Shown in pieces: positions 11,650 to 21,626 of a stretch of 64,000 nucleotides of DNA. The notes under the pieces were generated by a model. That model searched no databases. It was given only the letters and a program-made list of their open reading frames with translations, and was not told the DNA's origin. Made by a program: the position numbers and the translations under genes. The stretch is from assembly GCA_965216875.1 (NCBI GenBank), contig OZ244207.1, positions 4,832,001 to 4,896,000 on the forward strand, given 5' to 3'. The DNA is from Rubripirellula sp. (GTDB lineage Bacteria > Planctomycetota > Planctomycetia > Pirellulales > Pirellulaceae). How positions within the stretch are numbered: position 1 is the first letter of the stretch; every line of letters starts with the position of its first letter.

Positions 11650-12528
11650 ATGTCACGACTGAAAACGGGGATCGATGGCCTCGACGAACTCTTGGGCGGT
11701 GGCCTGCTTCCCGGAACATTGACCGTCGTCATGGGCGCGACCGGCATTGGAAAAACCCAACTTGGGCTGTCCTTTGCCAACAACGGCATGAACCAAGAAG
11801 GCGAACGTGGCATCCTGTTCGACCTGACTGCCCGGGGCGATTCGCAAAACCACTCGGACTATGCCAAACGGCTTTGCGACTGGGAAATCCAAGCCCAAAC
11901 CAGTGACCGCATCACGGTCGACCAAATCTGGGATCGCGACAAGGTCCGACGCGACTACCTGCACCTGTTCCAGCACAGCGGTCGACGAGTGACCGCGAGT
12001 GACATGGACGCCGACCAGTGGCGAGAGTGGAAGTACGAACAGGCAAAAAAACTCGACCAAGCGATTGCGTATTTCTATGGCAATTTCGTTCATGGTGTAC
12101 GCCGCTGTGTGATTGATGGCGTTGAACCGTCCGATCGAGCGTCTGATTCGATTCAATTCGAAATGTTCGAGTACATCTACCATCAAATCATGCGCAAAGA
12201 ACACGATTGGGTCGCGCGTGACTTGTTCCGAGTCGCCTTTCGCGAAAACGCCGAGCGAATCGAATCGCATGCCTACGATCACAACGACATCGGTTGCTTG
12301 CTGTTGTACACCAGTCACGAAGTGATGCTCGATGACCTGTTAACTCGGCGCATCGAGAGTGGTGATGTTCTGTCCAATGCCAACACGATCATCTACATGG
12401 GAAAGACGCGTGATGGCAATCGGATGGGCCGAGCGTTGAACGTGGCTAAACACCGCGGCAGTGCCTGTGATGACTCCATTGTCCCCTACCAGATCACCGA
12501 TTCGGGTTTGCAGATCGAGAATCCTTAG
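11650..12528 (+). CDS. KaiC/RAD55-like single-domain RecA-superfamily ATPase
   Basis: [36 protein letters not shown] (Walker A); RCVIDG (Walker B); C-terminal KHRGS. Start moved to the ATG at 11650. Confidence 0.85.
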   Translation: MSRLKTGIDGLDELLGGGLLPGTLTVVMGATGIGKTQLGLSFANNGMNQEGERGILFDLTARGDSQNHSDYAKRLCDWEIQAQTSDRITVDQIWDRDKVRRDYLHLFQHSGRRVTASDMDADQWREWKYEQAKKLDQAIAYFYGNFVHGVRRCVIDGVEPSDRASDSIQFEMFEYIYHQIMRKEHDWVARDLFRVAFRENAERIESHAYDHNDIGCLLLYTSHEVMLDDLLTRRIESGDVLSNANTIIYMGKTRDGNRMGRALNVAKHRGSACDDSIVPYQITDSGLQIENP

Positions 12529-12735
12529 CGACGCGATGGTGTGTGCGCGCATAGGGGTCTGCGAGTGAACGCGATCCACCAACAGTGTGGACCTGACGAT
12601 TGAGATCGAACGTCAGTTGAGATCAAACGTCAATCTTCCCGACGGCCCGATGATTCGGTGTATCATCAGGAACACCGTCGATCCGACAGCGGTCGATTGG
12701 ATGCCCACCACAATCTCTCCACAGGCGTCTTTCCC

Positions 12736-14127
12736 ATGATGTCGATTCGATGGCTGACCTCCGTTGCGATCGCTTGCTTGTGCACAATAGCGCACGCTGC
12801 CGACAAGCCGAACTTTCTTTTCGTCATTGCCGATGACTGTACATTCCGCGACATCGGCTGTTACGGCGGCCAAGCCCACACGCCCAACATCGACAGGCTT
12901 GCCACCGAGGGGATGAAGTTCACGCATTGTTTTCAATGTGCCCCCATGTGCTCACCAACGCGGCACAACATCTACACCGGTCAGTATCCGGTCAAAACGG
13001 GTGCCTACCCGAACCACACCGCGACCTACGATCACGTCAAAAACATCATTCATTACCTTCGCCCTCACGGCTATCGGGTTGCACTTTCAGGCAAGACTCA
13101 TATCGGGCCACGTCCTGTGTTCGACTTTGAATACAGTGGAAAAAGCAATCCCGACATGAATGCGATTGACCAACTGTTCGATGAGTGTTCGTCAAACGAC
13201 ACGCCCTTTTGTTTGTTCGCGTGTAGCAATGAACCGCATACGCCATGGAACAAAGGGGACGCGTCACGATACCCACCAAGCGAAATCAAACTGCCACCCT
13301 ACATCGCGGACACACCCGAAGTCCGTGAGGGATACAGCCGATACCTGGCCGAAATCACCTACTATGACGATCAAGTCGGCCAACTTCTTGAGTTGCTCGA
13401 CCAACACCAGCTTGCCGACAACACATTGGTCATGGTGGTGTCGGAACAGGGCAATTCCATGCCCTTTGCCAAATGGACGTGTTATGACAACGGCCTGCAG
13501 TCCGCGATGATTGTTCGCTGGCCAGGCAAAGTGAAAGAGGGAGCAGTTTCCGATGCCATGGTCGAATACGTCGATGTGACGCCAACCTTTGTCGATGCAG
13601 CCGGACTCGAACCGGCCAGCGACTTTGACGGGCGTAGCTTTGTTGACGTGCTGGCTGGGAAAGCGGACCAACACAAAGAGTTTGTGTTTGGCGCAATGAC
13701 GACCCGAGGCATCATCAACGGAAACGACTGCTACCCGATTCGGTCGATTCGATCTCGAACACACAAGTTGATCGTCAATCTCCAACACGATCAAAAATTC
13801 ACCAACGCCTGCACGAAGTCAGACGAATTCGTATCGATGGCCCAAGCAGCCAGCGACGGCAACCAACACGCCGCCGAATTGGTCAAGCGATACCACTATC
13901 GACCAGAAATCGAGTTCTATGACCTTGCCGTCGACCCGCTCGAAATGAACAATCTGGCCGACGATCCGAAATACGCCGATCGAATCGCAAGTATGCGCAA
14001 ACGATTGGGCGTCTGGATGGATCAGCAGGGAGATCGCGGGGTGGAAACCGAGCTCGTGGCCAACCACCACAAAAAGCCGAAGAAGAAAAGCGGAAGCCAG
14101 AAGCAACGCCCCAAAAAGAAAAAGTAA
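12736..14127 (+). CDS. Sulfatase (formylglycine-dependent, N-sulfoglucosamine sulfohydrolase-like)
   Basis: KPNFLFVIADD, CSPTR catalytic motif, GKTH, signal peptide; Lys-rich C-terminal tail. Confidence 0.9.
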   Translation: MMSIRWLTSVAIACLCTIAHAADKPNFLFVIADDCTFRDIGCYGGQAHTPNIDRLATEGMKFTHCFQCAPMCSPTRHNIYTGQYPVKTGAYPNHTATYDHVKNIIHYLRPHGYRVALSGKTHIGPRPVFDFEYSGKSNPDMNAIDQLFDECSSNDTPFCLFACSNEPHTPWNKGDASRYPPSEIKLPPYIADTPEVREGYSRYLAEITYYDDQVGQLLELLDQHQLADNTLVMVVSEQGNSMPFAKWTCYDNGLQSAMIVRWPGKVKEGAVSDAMVEYVDVTPTFVDAAGLEPASDFDGRSFVDVLAGKADQHKEFVFGAMTTRGIINGNDCYPIRSIRSRTHKLIVNLQHDQKFTNACTKSDEFVSMAQAASDGNQHAAELVKRYHYRPEIEFYDLAVDPLEMNNLADDPKYADRIASMRKRLGVWMDQQGDRGVETELVANHHKKPKKKSGSQKQRPKKKK

Positions 14128-14262
14128 CCCTAACGGCTTCTCTTGCTCGAAGGGTGACGTATGCCGGTGAACCGTAGCGAGGGCTCAGGCCTTTTTGGCT
14201 CACGCAGTCGTGTGAAAGAAACGGCCGCTTACGAAAACCCCGATTCACGTGACATCACGGCA

Positions 14263-15222
14263 TCATCGTGTTGCTTCTTCTTCGTACTCTCGCTGTAAAT
14301 CATCAATGACGACTCTTTCGAGATCGCCTCGATGAACCACCAAACGGTAACGCAAAACCGTCGGCTCGTTCATTGAAAGCGGCACCGGTTTGCGTCCAGG
14401 ATAGACCGCATTCTGCATGCTCCGTTTCTGCCTCAGAATCCATCGCTTCTGTGGCGTTGGATTTGCCGCATGCGACAGCACGGCCAATCCAAATTCCGGA
14501 CGCGTGACATTCATCCAACGCCCCGCATCCAAGGCGAGCTTCTGAGGCTGGACCTTCCCGCCAACCGACTGAAACTGAGTTGCTGGGTCGAGTTTGATTC
14601 GCGGTGAAAAGCCTCCGTATCCCTTCTCGTCGTCACTACCACCAATACGAACGTCACCTGTCGCGGCGAGCAGAGAAAGTTCGAAGTCGATCAATCGATA
14701 GTCCCGTTGGGAGGCATGAACGGTGATGGCGGTGTGGCTTCTCACGATCGGCAGCATCGCTCCCGTCGCGTCGGTCCAACCAGGCGACTTCCAGATCACC
14801 TTGGCGTCGATCCGCGCGAACTGGTCTGTTGATCGAGTTTCGACATCGGTCACATCCCAAACAAAATCCTTGCACAGCCATGCGTCGCCGATCGATTGGT
14901 CGCCAACAAGCACTTGATGCCAAGCCCAAAAGAGTCCGCGGTGGTGCAGATGATCGGCCGGAAAATCCTCGGTGATCACTTCGCGCCCCTCGAGATCGTA
15001 AAGCGGGTGAACGTAATCGGCGCGTGGCGATTTCCCGTCGAGTGTTTTGGTCGCTCGCTGGTACCGCAAGACCTGCACGCCACGCTGGAAGACCGTCACA
15101 CCGTCGCGATCATGCTGGACGTGCATTCGCGTCGACTGAGCATTTGCCGATGTCGAAAAGTTACAAACGAGCGTGACAAAAGCTACAAACAGGTGGAACG
15201 GTTTCGGCTGGAAAGCGTGCAT
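14263..15222 (-). CDS. DUF6807 (PmoA-named Pfam) secreted protein of unknown function
   Basis: Signal peptide; YVHPLY..ITEDFPADHLHHRGLFWAW and KGYGGF motifs. Confidence 0.7.
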   Translation of the reverse strand: MHAFQPKPFHLFVAFVTLVCNFSTSANAQSTRMHVQHDRDGVTVFQRGVQVLRYQRATKTLDGKSPRADYVHPLYDLEGREVITEDFPADHLHHRGLFWAWHQVLVGDQSIGDAWLCKDFVWDVTDVETRSTDQFARIDAKVIWKSPGWTDATGAMLPIVRSHTAITVHASQRDYRLIDFELSLLAATGDVRIGGSDDEKGYGGFSPRIKLDPATQFQSVGGKVQPQKLALDAGRWMNVTRPEFGLAVLSHAANPTPQKRWILRQKRSMQNAVYPGRKPVPLSMNEPTVLRYRLVVHRGDLERVVIDDLQREYEEEATR

Positions 15223-15452
15223 AACGCGGGAGTCGACAAGCGAATTGTGGGAAGGAAAGAAGCGGGGCGATCTATCTTAATCGCAACGCCGGTCCAAAGA
15301 GGCCGCGGTTGTCTCCGAGCTTCGCCACCGAATCTCCGTGCGTTGGGCGAAATCGTTTGGCGCTAGTCGATTTCGCTTGCTCGATCAGTCACAATGGCGT
15401 CGCCCCTTGCAATCGATCCATCGGTTGCCCCCACCACACTACGAGGCCCAAC

Positions 15453-16937
15453 ATGCTTGCGCGTCTATGCGTTTTCTCCTGCCTGTTCTTGGCAGCTGCC
15501 GTTTCTCTTCACGCCGACACCGGTTCTTTGGCCGGTTCGAAACCAAACATCATTTTGGTCATGACCGATGACCAAGGCATGGGCGACTTGTCCTGCATGG
15601 GAAACCAAGTCCTGCGAACGCCGAACCTTGATCAGTTCTACGAACGCTCAACACGGTTTACGGATTTTCACGTCAGCCCAACGTGTGCGCCAACGCGATC
15701 AGCAATCTTCAGCGGTCGACATGAATTTCGAAACGGCGTCACGCACACGATCCGCGAACGCGAACGCATGGCCCTGAGCACGACAACGTTCCCTCAACTG
15801 CTACAAAAGGCGGGTTACGCGACCGGCATCTTTGGCAAGTGGCATTTGGGCGATGAAGACGCCTACCAACCCTACAACCGAGGTTTCAGCAAAACATTCA
15901 TTCACGGGGCCGGCGGCATTGGCCAATCCTATCCAGGCAGCTGTGCCGACTTCCCACCCAACCGAACCGACAAGTATTTCGATTGCGTCATTTTGGATGA
16001 CGACACGATTGTGCAAACCAAGGGATTCTGCACCGACGTTTTCTTCACCGCCGCACTTGGCTGGACCAAACAACAACTCGATGCCGGCAAGCCCTTCTTC
16101 ACCTACCTGACACTCAACGCGCCGCACGGTCCGATGATTGCCCCCGACAAATACAAGAAGCGTTTCTTGGACATGGGCTACGACGGAAGCACGGCGGGAC
16201 GGTATGGCATGATCGAGAATATCGACGACAACTTTGGTCTGCTTGTCAAAAAGCTTGACCAGTGGAACGCCTGGGAAAATACGTTGGTGATTTTCATGAC
16301 CGACAACGGACAAGCTGGTCGCAACGCAAAGCTCAACGGTAAGCGGACGCCAATCTTCACGGCAGGCTTCAAGTCGGGCAAAGGCTCACCCTATGAAGGT
16401 GGCACGCACGTTCCCGCGTTTTGGCGATGGAAAGGTGTGCTCGGCGAAGGCGTCGACATCAACGGACTGACCGCACACATCGATCTGTACAAAACGTTTT
16501 GCGATTTAGCCGGTGTCTCAATCCCCGATGACATCCAACAGATCGACGGCCGAACGCTGATTCCACTGCTCGCCGACGCCTCGGCCCAGTGGCCCGATCG
16601 GTATTTATTCACGCACCAAGGGCGCTGGGACAAAGGTGCCGACCCGAACGATTCGAAATTCAAGAACTGTGCCGTGCGGACGCAGCGTTGGCGATTCGTC
16701 AACAACAAAGAACTCTATGACATCTCTCGTGACCCCTACGAAAAAGTCAATGTCATCGACGATCACGCCGACATCGTTACCGAACTTCAGGAGGCCTACG
16801 ACAAATGGTGGACCGATACGTTGCCTTTGATGGTCAACGAGGACGTCCCGTATGCACCGCATCAACCTCAAGCGGTTCGATACGAAAAACAAAAAGCGGA
16901 ACGTGGCATTCCCGACTGGACGCCCCCGACCTTGTAA
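15453..16937 (+). CDS. Arylsulfatase
   Basis: KPNIILVMTDDQG, CAPTR motif, FGKWHLG, DNG, KGSPYEGG; start at MLARL with a signal peptide. Confidence 0.92.
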   Translation: MLARLCVFSCLFLAAAVSLHADTGSLAGSKPNIILVMTDDQGMGDLSCMGNQVLRTPNLDQFYERSTRFTDFHVSPTCAPTRSAIFSGRHEFRNGVTHTIRERERMALSTTTFPQLLQKAGYATGIFGKWHLGDEDAYQPYNRGFSKTFIHGAGGIGQSYPGSCADFPPNRTDKYFDCVILDDDTIVQTKGFCTDVFFTAALGWTKQQLDAGKPFFTYLTLNAPHGPMIAPDKYKKRFLDMGYDGSTAGRYGMIENIDDNFGLLVKKLDQWNAWENTLVIFMTDNGQAGRNAKLNGKRTPIFTAGFKSGKGSPYEGGTHVPAFWRWKGVLGEGVDINGLTAHIDLYKTFCDLAGVSIPDDIQQIDGRTLIPLLADASAQWPDRYLFTHQGRWDKGADPNDSKFKNCAVRTQRWRFVNNKELYDISRDPYEKVNVIDDHADIVTELQEAYDKWWTDTLPLMVNEDVPYAPHQPQAVRYEKQKAERGIPDWTPPTL

Positions 16938-16988
16938 CACCGTCTCAGTCTCACGTCCCACTGGCCACTTTGTCACGCGCTACCGAAC

Positions 16989-18443
16989 ATGAAATTCCTG
17001 AATCAGTTGTTCTTTGGACTTGCCGTTTGTCTTCTGCTTGCTGAAACGCGAGCGGACGACCGCCCCAACGTTGTCTTCTTGCTTGCCGACGATCAATGCA
17101 CCTATTCGATGGGATGCTACGGCACGCCAGGTGTCGAAACGCCCAACATGGATGCACTTGCGCGCGACGGCATCGTCTTTGACAACCACTACGACACCAC
17201 CGCCATTTGCATGGCCAGCCGCGCAAATGTGATGACGGGAATGTACGAATACAAAACGGGCTGCAACTTCGAACATGGCGCATTGATGAAAGAGCACTGG
17301 GAAAAGACCTACCCAATGCTCTTGCGTGAAGCCGGTTACAAGACAGCCTTTGCCGGCAAGTTCGGTTTCGAAGTCACCGACACGCCCGAGAAGAAAGGCG
17401 TGTTGCCAGAATCCGACTTTGATCGCTGGGGTGGCGGCCCAGGCCAAACGTCTTACCAAACGCGAAAAAACAAATCGATGGTTGCCTATGCCAATCAATA
17501 CCCACATTCCACCCTCTCCTATGGCGCCTTTGGCCGTGATTTCATCACCGACGCAGCCAAGGGTGAACAACCGTTTTGTTTGTCGATCAGCTTCAAAGCG
17601 CCGCACAAACCAGCGACTCCCGATCCGTTGTTCGCGGATGTCTATCGCGGCAAGACTTTTACCAAACCCGCCAACTATGGGCGCCAATACGGAGCACACT
17701 TCTCGGAACAAAGCCGGGGTGGCCGTCAGTTCGAACGTTTCCACAGCTGGAACTACAGCGACAAATATGATGAAGTGATGGCAACCTACTATCAACAGAT
17801 CTACGCGATCGACGTCGCGTTAGGGATGGTCCGCGAGGCACTCAAAAAGTCAGGCACCGCAAAGAACACCGTCATCATTTACACATCGGACAATGGATTT
17901 CTTTGTGGGTCACACGGCTATGGCTCGAAGGTCTTGCCGTACGAAGAAGCATCACGCGTGCCGCTGATCATGTTCGACCCGAGACACCCCAACAGCGGCA
18001 AGGGATTGCGGTGCGAAGCTCTTACCGGCAACGTCGATTTTGCGCCGACAATCCTCGAACTTGCCGGCCTGCCACAGCCAGCAAACATGGATGGAATCAG
18101 CCTCCTGTCACTTTACGACAACCCAAAGTCAGCAACGCATCAGTCACTGCCCCTGATCAACGTCTGGGGTCCCAAACAGGTGCACAGCTATTCGGTCGTG
18201 ACGAAGGACTGGAAGTACATCTACTGGCCGTACAGCGACAAAAAGATGAAACCGACCGAAGAGCTTTACCATCTCGCTCAAGATCCCCTTGAGTTGACGA
18301 ACCTCGTTGAAGACGCGTCAAAATCGGCGGACTTGGATCGAATGCGTGCGACCTACGATCGCGCCGTCGAGGATTGGAAAGAGCATGCCGTGCCCTACCA
18401 CAATTACCAACCCTTCGGAAAACTGTTTCAGCGAAGTCTTTAG
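16989..18443 (+). CDS. Sulfatase
   Basis: [17 protein letters not shown] motif, [18 protein letters not shown]. Confidence 0.9.
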   Translation: MKFLNQLFFGLAVCLLLAETRADDRPNVVFLLADDQCTYSMGCYGTPGVETPNMDALARDGIVFDNHYDTTAICMASRANVMTGMYEYKTGCNFEHGALMKEHWEKTYPMLLREAGYKTAFAGKFGFEVTDTPEKKGVLPESDFDRWGGGPGQTSYQTRKNKSMVAYANQYPHSTLSYGAFGRDFITDAAKGEQPFCLSISFKAPHKPATPDPLFADVYRGKTFTKPANYGRQYGAHFSEQSRGGRQFERFHSWNYSDKYDEVMATYYQQIYAIDVALGMVREALKKSGTAKNTVIIYTSDNGFLCGSHGYGSKVLPYEEASRVPLIMFDPRHPNSGKGLRCEALTGNVDFAPTILELAGLPQPANMDGISLLSLYDNPKSATHQSLPLINVWGPKQVHSYSVVTKDWKYIYWPYSDKKMKPTEELYHLAQDPLELTNLVEDASKSADLDRMRATYDRAVEDWKEHAVPYHNYQPFGKLFQRSL

Positions 18444-18535
18444 CATCATCCGTCAGCCCAAATGACTGGGCTGAGACGCTCAGAACGGGATGAGTGCTAC
18501 GGATTGCAATTGCGATTCCACCAGCAGACACAACG

Positions 18536-18624
18536 GAGCCGCGATCGCGTAAGCGGCCGGGCCTTAATCGCCCTCAAACTCGCTGCGCGTCGGCAAGGGC
18601 CCGCGGCCTGACGGCCAGCGGCTC
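18536..18624. repeat. GAGCCG-type REP-like inverted-repeat element
   Basis: GAGCCGCGATCGCGTAAGCGGC...CAGCGGCTC. The first 22 bp recur exactly, in reverse complement, at 53785-53806. The element lies between convergent genes. Confidence 0.65.
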
Positions 18625-18678
18625 AAAGGCACTGCGCAAGAAGTTGCTCTGGTGGCAACAAGATTGCAATCTGCTGCA

Positions 18679-20238
18679 TTAGAAGCCGGCGGTCACCGCT
18701 TCCCACGATGTTCCTATTCGCAATTCATCGACGAACCACGCCCCCTTCGATCCGGAGGTGATCCGGACTGAAGTGATGTCGAGCAATGCGCCCGCTTGAT
18801 TATTGTGGACGGTCCACGTGTCGGGTTCACTCAAGTCGACGTCTTCGCCGTTGCGATACAAACGCAATGACGCTGACCTTGCTTCAGCAGAGATCTTCAG
18901 GACGAGCAACAACACATCGTCCTCTGCGATGGATGTAGCGGTCTTTACAACACTTCCCGCGGCGTTGACATAGGGGAATGCTTCTTCGTTGATTCCGAAG
19001 TGAATCGTCTTGCGCAACCGGCGCCGACCCAACACATCGGGTTCCAATGAAATCCGAAGCGAAGAATCCAAGACCGGTTCTCCTAAATCGCTCTGCGTGG
19101 CTTCAGGACCTTCCGCGGCGTCTCTTGCAACGATCATGCTGAGAAAGCAATCATCCCCACCGCTCAAAACCACCGGAGTTTCCAGATTCCGTCTCAAGTC
19201 ATCGCCGTTTGCAACAGCCAGCATCCTTCGCCCCAGCCTGTTACTTCCAAAGACCATTCCGCTTGGAGCGTCTACCACCTGGGCCACTCGACCGCGAACT
19301 CTCCCTGCGGGTTGCCATCCGTCCGCAAAACCGAATCCGCTTCGCCCTCGTCGTAATCGGCCGGCGATGTTCTCGAAACCGTCATACGCCAAGAGAGACT
19401 GGCCAGCGTTTTGTTTGATTGTCGCTTCAAGGTCACGCACAAACTTGCGTTGTCCAAAGGGTACGAATCCAGATCGTCTTGGATCAGATCTCGAGTAGCT
19501 TTTGGCTTCACCCGAGTTGATCCGCTCGCGAAATTCATTCTCACCGCCATCGACCACCCAAAAAACACTGCCGTCGAAAACATGCACTTCCGTCTGCGTT
19601 GACGCGAGAGCGACAGCGTACTCCGTTCCCTCATCAACGATTGTGGCCTCGGGCGTTTGCATGACGAAACCGCTGGAGACGTCCGATACGTTGACGTAGA
19701 CGCTACCGGCCAACAGCTTCGCTGAATCGCTGGCGATGACATCCACCGAGCAGGGGCCCTGCAGCACAAGATCCGTCCCCGACCGAAAATTGAGCTTTGC
19801 AACTCCCGATTCAAGCTCCAATCTACCAACGCCAAATCGATTGTTTACAAGAGCCGGCGATTCTTTCCAAACACACTCCTGCTGTCGAACGACACCAACG
19901 TCGGTGAGTTCGGGATCAACGACTTGCACCGCCGCTGTGTCACGCTCATCTTGCCTTGAGGATCGGACCACAAAGGGAATCAACACAAGCATCAAGGTCG
20001 CCGCGATCGCCATCCACCACTTCGCGGAAGTCGCCATACCATCGCGTTGACGCGATTCCAAACCGGGTTCTTCCTGCGCCCAACTACGCAGCCCAGCCTC
20101 TAAGTCGATCCGAGCGCGAAACAGCCACCTCGCCTCGGCATTGGCCTTCAACTCCGTCTGCAGCTTCTCATGCTCATCGGGTGTAAGTTGGTTGGTCACG
20201 AGGCGATCAACCAATTGCATGAGTTCATCCGACTTCAT
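18679..20238 (-). CDS. FecR-domain anti-sigma factor-like membrane protein
   Basis: N-terminal helical region, TM helix (WWMAIAATLMLVLIPFVV), FecR motifs LELESGVAKL..LQGP and TPEATIVDEGTEYAV..TEVHVFDGSV. Its ATG overlaps the sigma factor stop (ATGA). Confidence 0.85.
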   Translation of the reverse strand: MKSDELMQLVDRLVTNQLTPDEHEKLQTELKANAEARWLFRARIDLEAGLRSWAQEEPGLESRQRDGMATSAKWWMAIAATLMLVLIPFVVRSSRQDERDTAAVQVVDPELTDVGVVRQQECVWKESPALVNNRFGVGRLELESGVAKLNFRSGTDLVLQGPCSVDVIASDSAKLLAGSVYVNVSDVSSGFVMQTPEATIVDEGTEYAVALASTQTEVHVFDGSVFWVVDGGENEFRERINSGEAKSYSRSDPRRSGFVPFGQRKFVRDLEATIKQNAGQSLLAYDGFENIAGRLRRGRSGFGFADGWQPAGRVRGRVAQVVDAPSGMVFGSNRLGRRMLAVANGDDLRRNLETPVVLSGGDDCFLSMIVARDAAEGPEATQSDLGEPVLDSSLRISLEPDVLGRRRLRKTIHFGINEEAFPYVNAAGSVVKTATSIAEDDVLLLVLKISAEARSASLRLYRNGEDVDLSEPDTWTVHNNQAGALLDITSVRITSGSKGAWFVDELRIGTSWEAVTAGF

Positions 20239-20783
20239 CGACCACCTCCCTGCGTTGCAAGTCGCGTATCGATGCAGTGATGCAGTTTGTCCTTCAAACG
20301 CGCCAGCTGCTTGTAGAGTGCACTTCGCTGACGGCCAATCGATTCGGCCACGTCGGTAATCGAGCCTGATTCCATATAGCAGCGTCGCAGGATTTCTTGC
20401 TGGCGATCGGAAAGACTCTCCATGCAATGCTGTAGCGCCGAGAGACGAGCTTCAGTGAGCTCGCACTCCTCTTGGGCTTCTTCGGCCAGTAGGCATGTCA
20501 GTTCGTCATCGAAATGAACTTTGCTTCGCCGATTGACCGCGAGAAAGTTGCGTACTTCGTTGAAAGCGACACCACACGCCCAATGAAAGAAACTGCCTTC
20601 AGCGTCGAAGTCGTCCATCTTCTTCCAGAGAATGACGCTCGTCTTCTGGAAGACGTCTTCGGCGTCCGCGGGATTCACCAATTGTTTAGCGATAAATGCA
20701 TAGACTGCATGTCGATGTTGCATCAACAAGGCAACAAACTCGTCGGCGGATCGATCGTTGGGCTTAGGACTCTTCGGTACCAT
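20235..20783 (-). CDS. ECF RNA polymerase sigma factor (Rhodopirellula/Verrucomicrobium type)
   Basis: DAEDVFQKTSVILWKK..FFHWACGVAFNEVRN (sigma2); LSDRQQEILRRCY..ALYKQLARLK (sigma4). Confidence 0.92.
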   Translation of the reverse strand: MVPKSPKPNDRSADEFVALLMQHRHAVYAFIAKQLVNPADAEDVFQKTSVILWKKMDDFDAEGSFFHWACGVAFNEVRNFLAVNRRSKVHFDDELTCLLAEEAQEECELTEARLSALQHCMESLSDRQQEILRRCYMESGSITDVAESIGRQRSALYKQLARLKDKLHHCIDTRLATQGGGR

Positions 20784-20789
20784 CTATCG

Positions 20790-21410
20790 TTAGTCGTCAG
20801 TCAAAGGGTTTCCCTTGTCGCTCTCATTTTCGGGCGGGGCCGGTTTCAGAGTCGGCTGAACGTCGCGTTCGTTTCGACTCGCCGGATTGGCTTGAGCATC
20901 TTGGCCGAATCTTCCTTGGCCGAATCTTCCTTGGCCGAATCTTCCTTGGCCCAATCCACCTCGGCCAGTACCGCCGCGCGCTCCCCCTGGTGCTGAACCA
21001 GCGTCAAGTCCTTGCCCGAAGCCCCGGCCTCGCCCGAAGCCGCGTCCCCGCCCCATACCTTGGCCACGGACGCCACCCGCATCTTCATCGGTTTGTTTCG
21101 TACCAACACCTTGTCCACCAAATCGCCCTCTCGGTCCAGCAGCGTCACCAGCCGCCACCTCACCTGCTTCCGAAGCTGTGACATTGCCATCTTTATCCAA
21201 ATCAAGACGCTTTAAAGCAATGATCGCTTTGGAGATTTCATCGCTCGACAGGACGTTGTTGCCATCCAAATCGATCGCGACGAAAAGCTTGCTCGTCGGT
21301 GACGCCGGTTGGCTCGTCCGTCCACGTCCGCGCTGAGCCAAAGCGTCGTCGAACGATACGATCGTGGCGAACAGGACGGCCAAGGCGAGCAGCAGGCTTC
21401 GGGTTGGCAT
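20790..21410 (-). CDS. Secreted EF-hand protein with Gly/Arg-rich low-complexity tail
   Basis: Signal peptide from MPTRSLLL; DLDGNNVLSSDE and DLDKDGNVTASE EF-hand loops; GRGRGFG and GQGRF repeats. Confidence 0.78.
   Translation of the reverse strand: MPTRSLLLALAVLFATIVSFDDALAQRGRGRTSQPASPTSKLFVAIDLDGNNVLSSDEISKAIIALKRLDLDKDGNVTASEAGEVAAGDAAGPRGRFGGQGVGTKQTDEDAGGVRGQGMGRGRGFGRGRGFGQGLDAGSAPGGARGGTGRGGLGQGRFGQGRFGQGRFGQDAQANPASRNERDVQPTLKPAPPENESDKGNPLTDD
20900..20956. repeat. 15-bp intragenic tandem repeat (CTTGGCCGAATCTTC x3 + partial) encoding GQGRF
   Basis: Seen directly in the sequence; in frame within the EF-hand gene. Confidence 0.85.
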
Positions 21411-21469
21411 CAGCGACTCCGCTTTTGAACAAGTCGATGGATAGATGATCGGTCCAGACGTACTTCGAT

Positions 21470-21500
21470 AGTACTCGTATGCTCGGGCAAAGATTGGACG
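21470..21500 (-). promoter_or_regulatory. Putative ECF-sigma promoter for the EF-hand/sigma/FecR operon
   Basis: The minus strand reads CGTCCAA-N16-CGAGTACT and mirrors the plus-strand element at 21556-21586. Confidence 0.5.
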
Positions 21501-21555
21501 CGCCATTCCGGTTTTTTCTCGGAAAGTGTTTTTCACGAAATCGATCCAGATTCTC

Positions 21556-21586
21556 CGTCCGATTTGGGCGTCGCCATACGACCACT
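21556..21586 (+). promoter_or_regulatory. Putative ECF-sigma promoter for the hypothetical/DUF1553/DUF1501 operon
   Basis: CGTCCGA-N16-CGACCACT; 20/31 ungapped identity to the divergent element. Confidence 0.5.
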
Positions 21587-21626
21587 TACAAAATCACTCG
21601 CCCAAACTCTGATTTGCAGGTCATCG

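Noticed and set aside
11650..12528. Circadian clock gene kaiC
   Set aside because: It has a single ATPase domain only and no kaiA/kaiB in the window; treated as KaiC-like with no symbol.
10239..12528. Anti-phage defence system (nuclease + ATPase pair)
   Set aside because: The MBL + ATPase pairing is suggestive, but the subfamilies look like signalling types, the composition matches the host, and there is no defence-island or mobile context.
14166..14250. Degenerate GTGAACCG...GGCCGCTTACG...GATTCAC element between convergent genes
   Set aside because: It resembles the GAGCCG/GTGAACCG repeat family but is too decayed to delimit confidently.
14263..15222. Possible methane monooxygenase (family carries a PmoA label)
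   Set aside because: It is a soluble secreted protein without the TM helices of real PmoA, and there is no pmoB/pmoC nearby; the family name is misleading.
20900..20956. Short direct repeats as a possible CRISPR array
   Set aside because: The 15-bp units are contiguous with no spacers, lie in frame in a CDS, and there are no cas genes.
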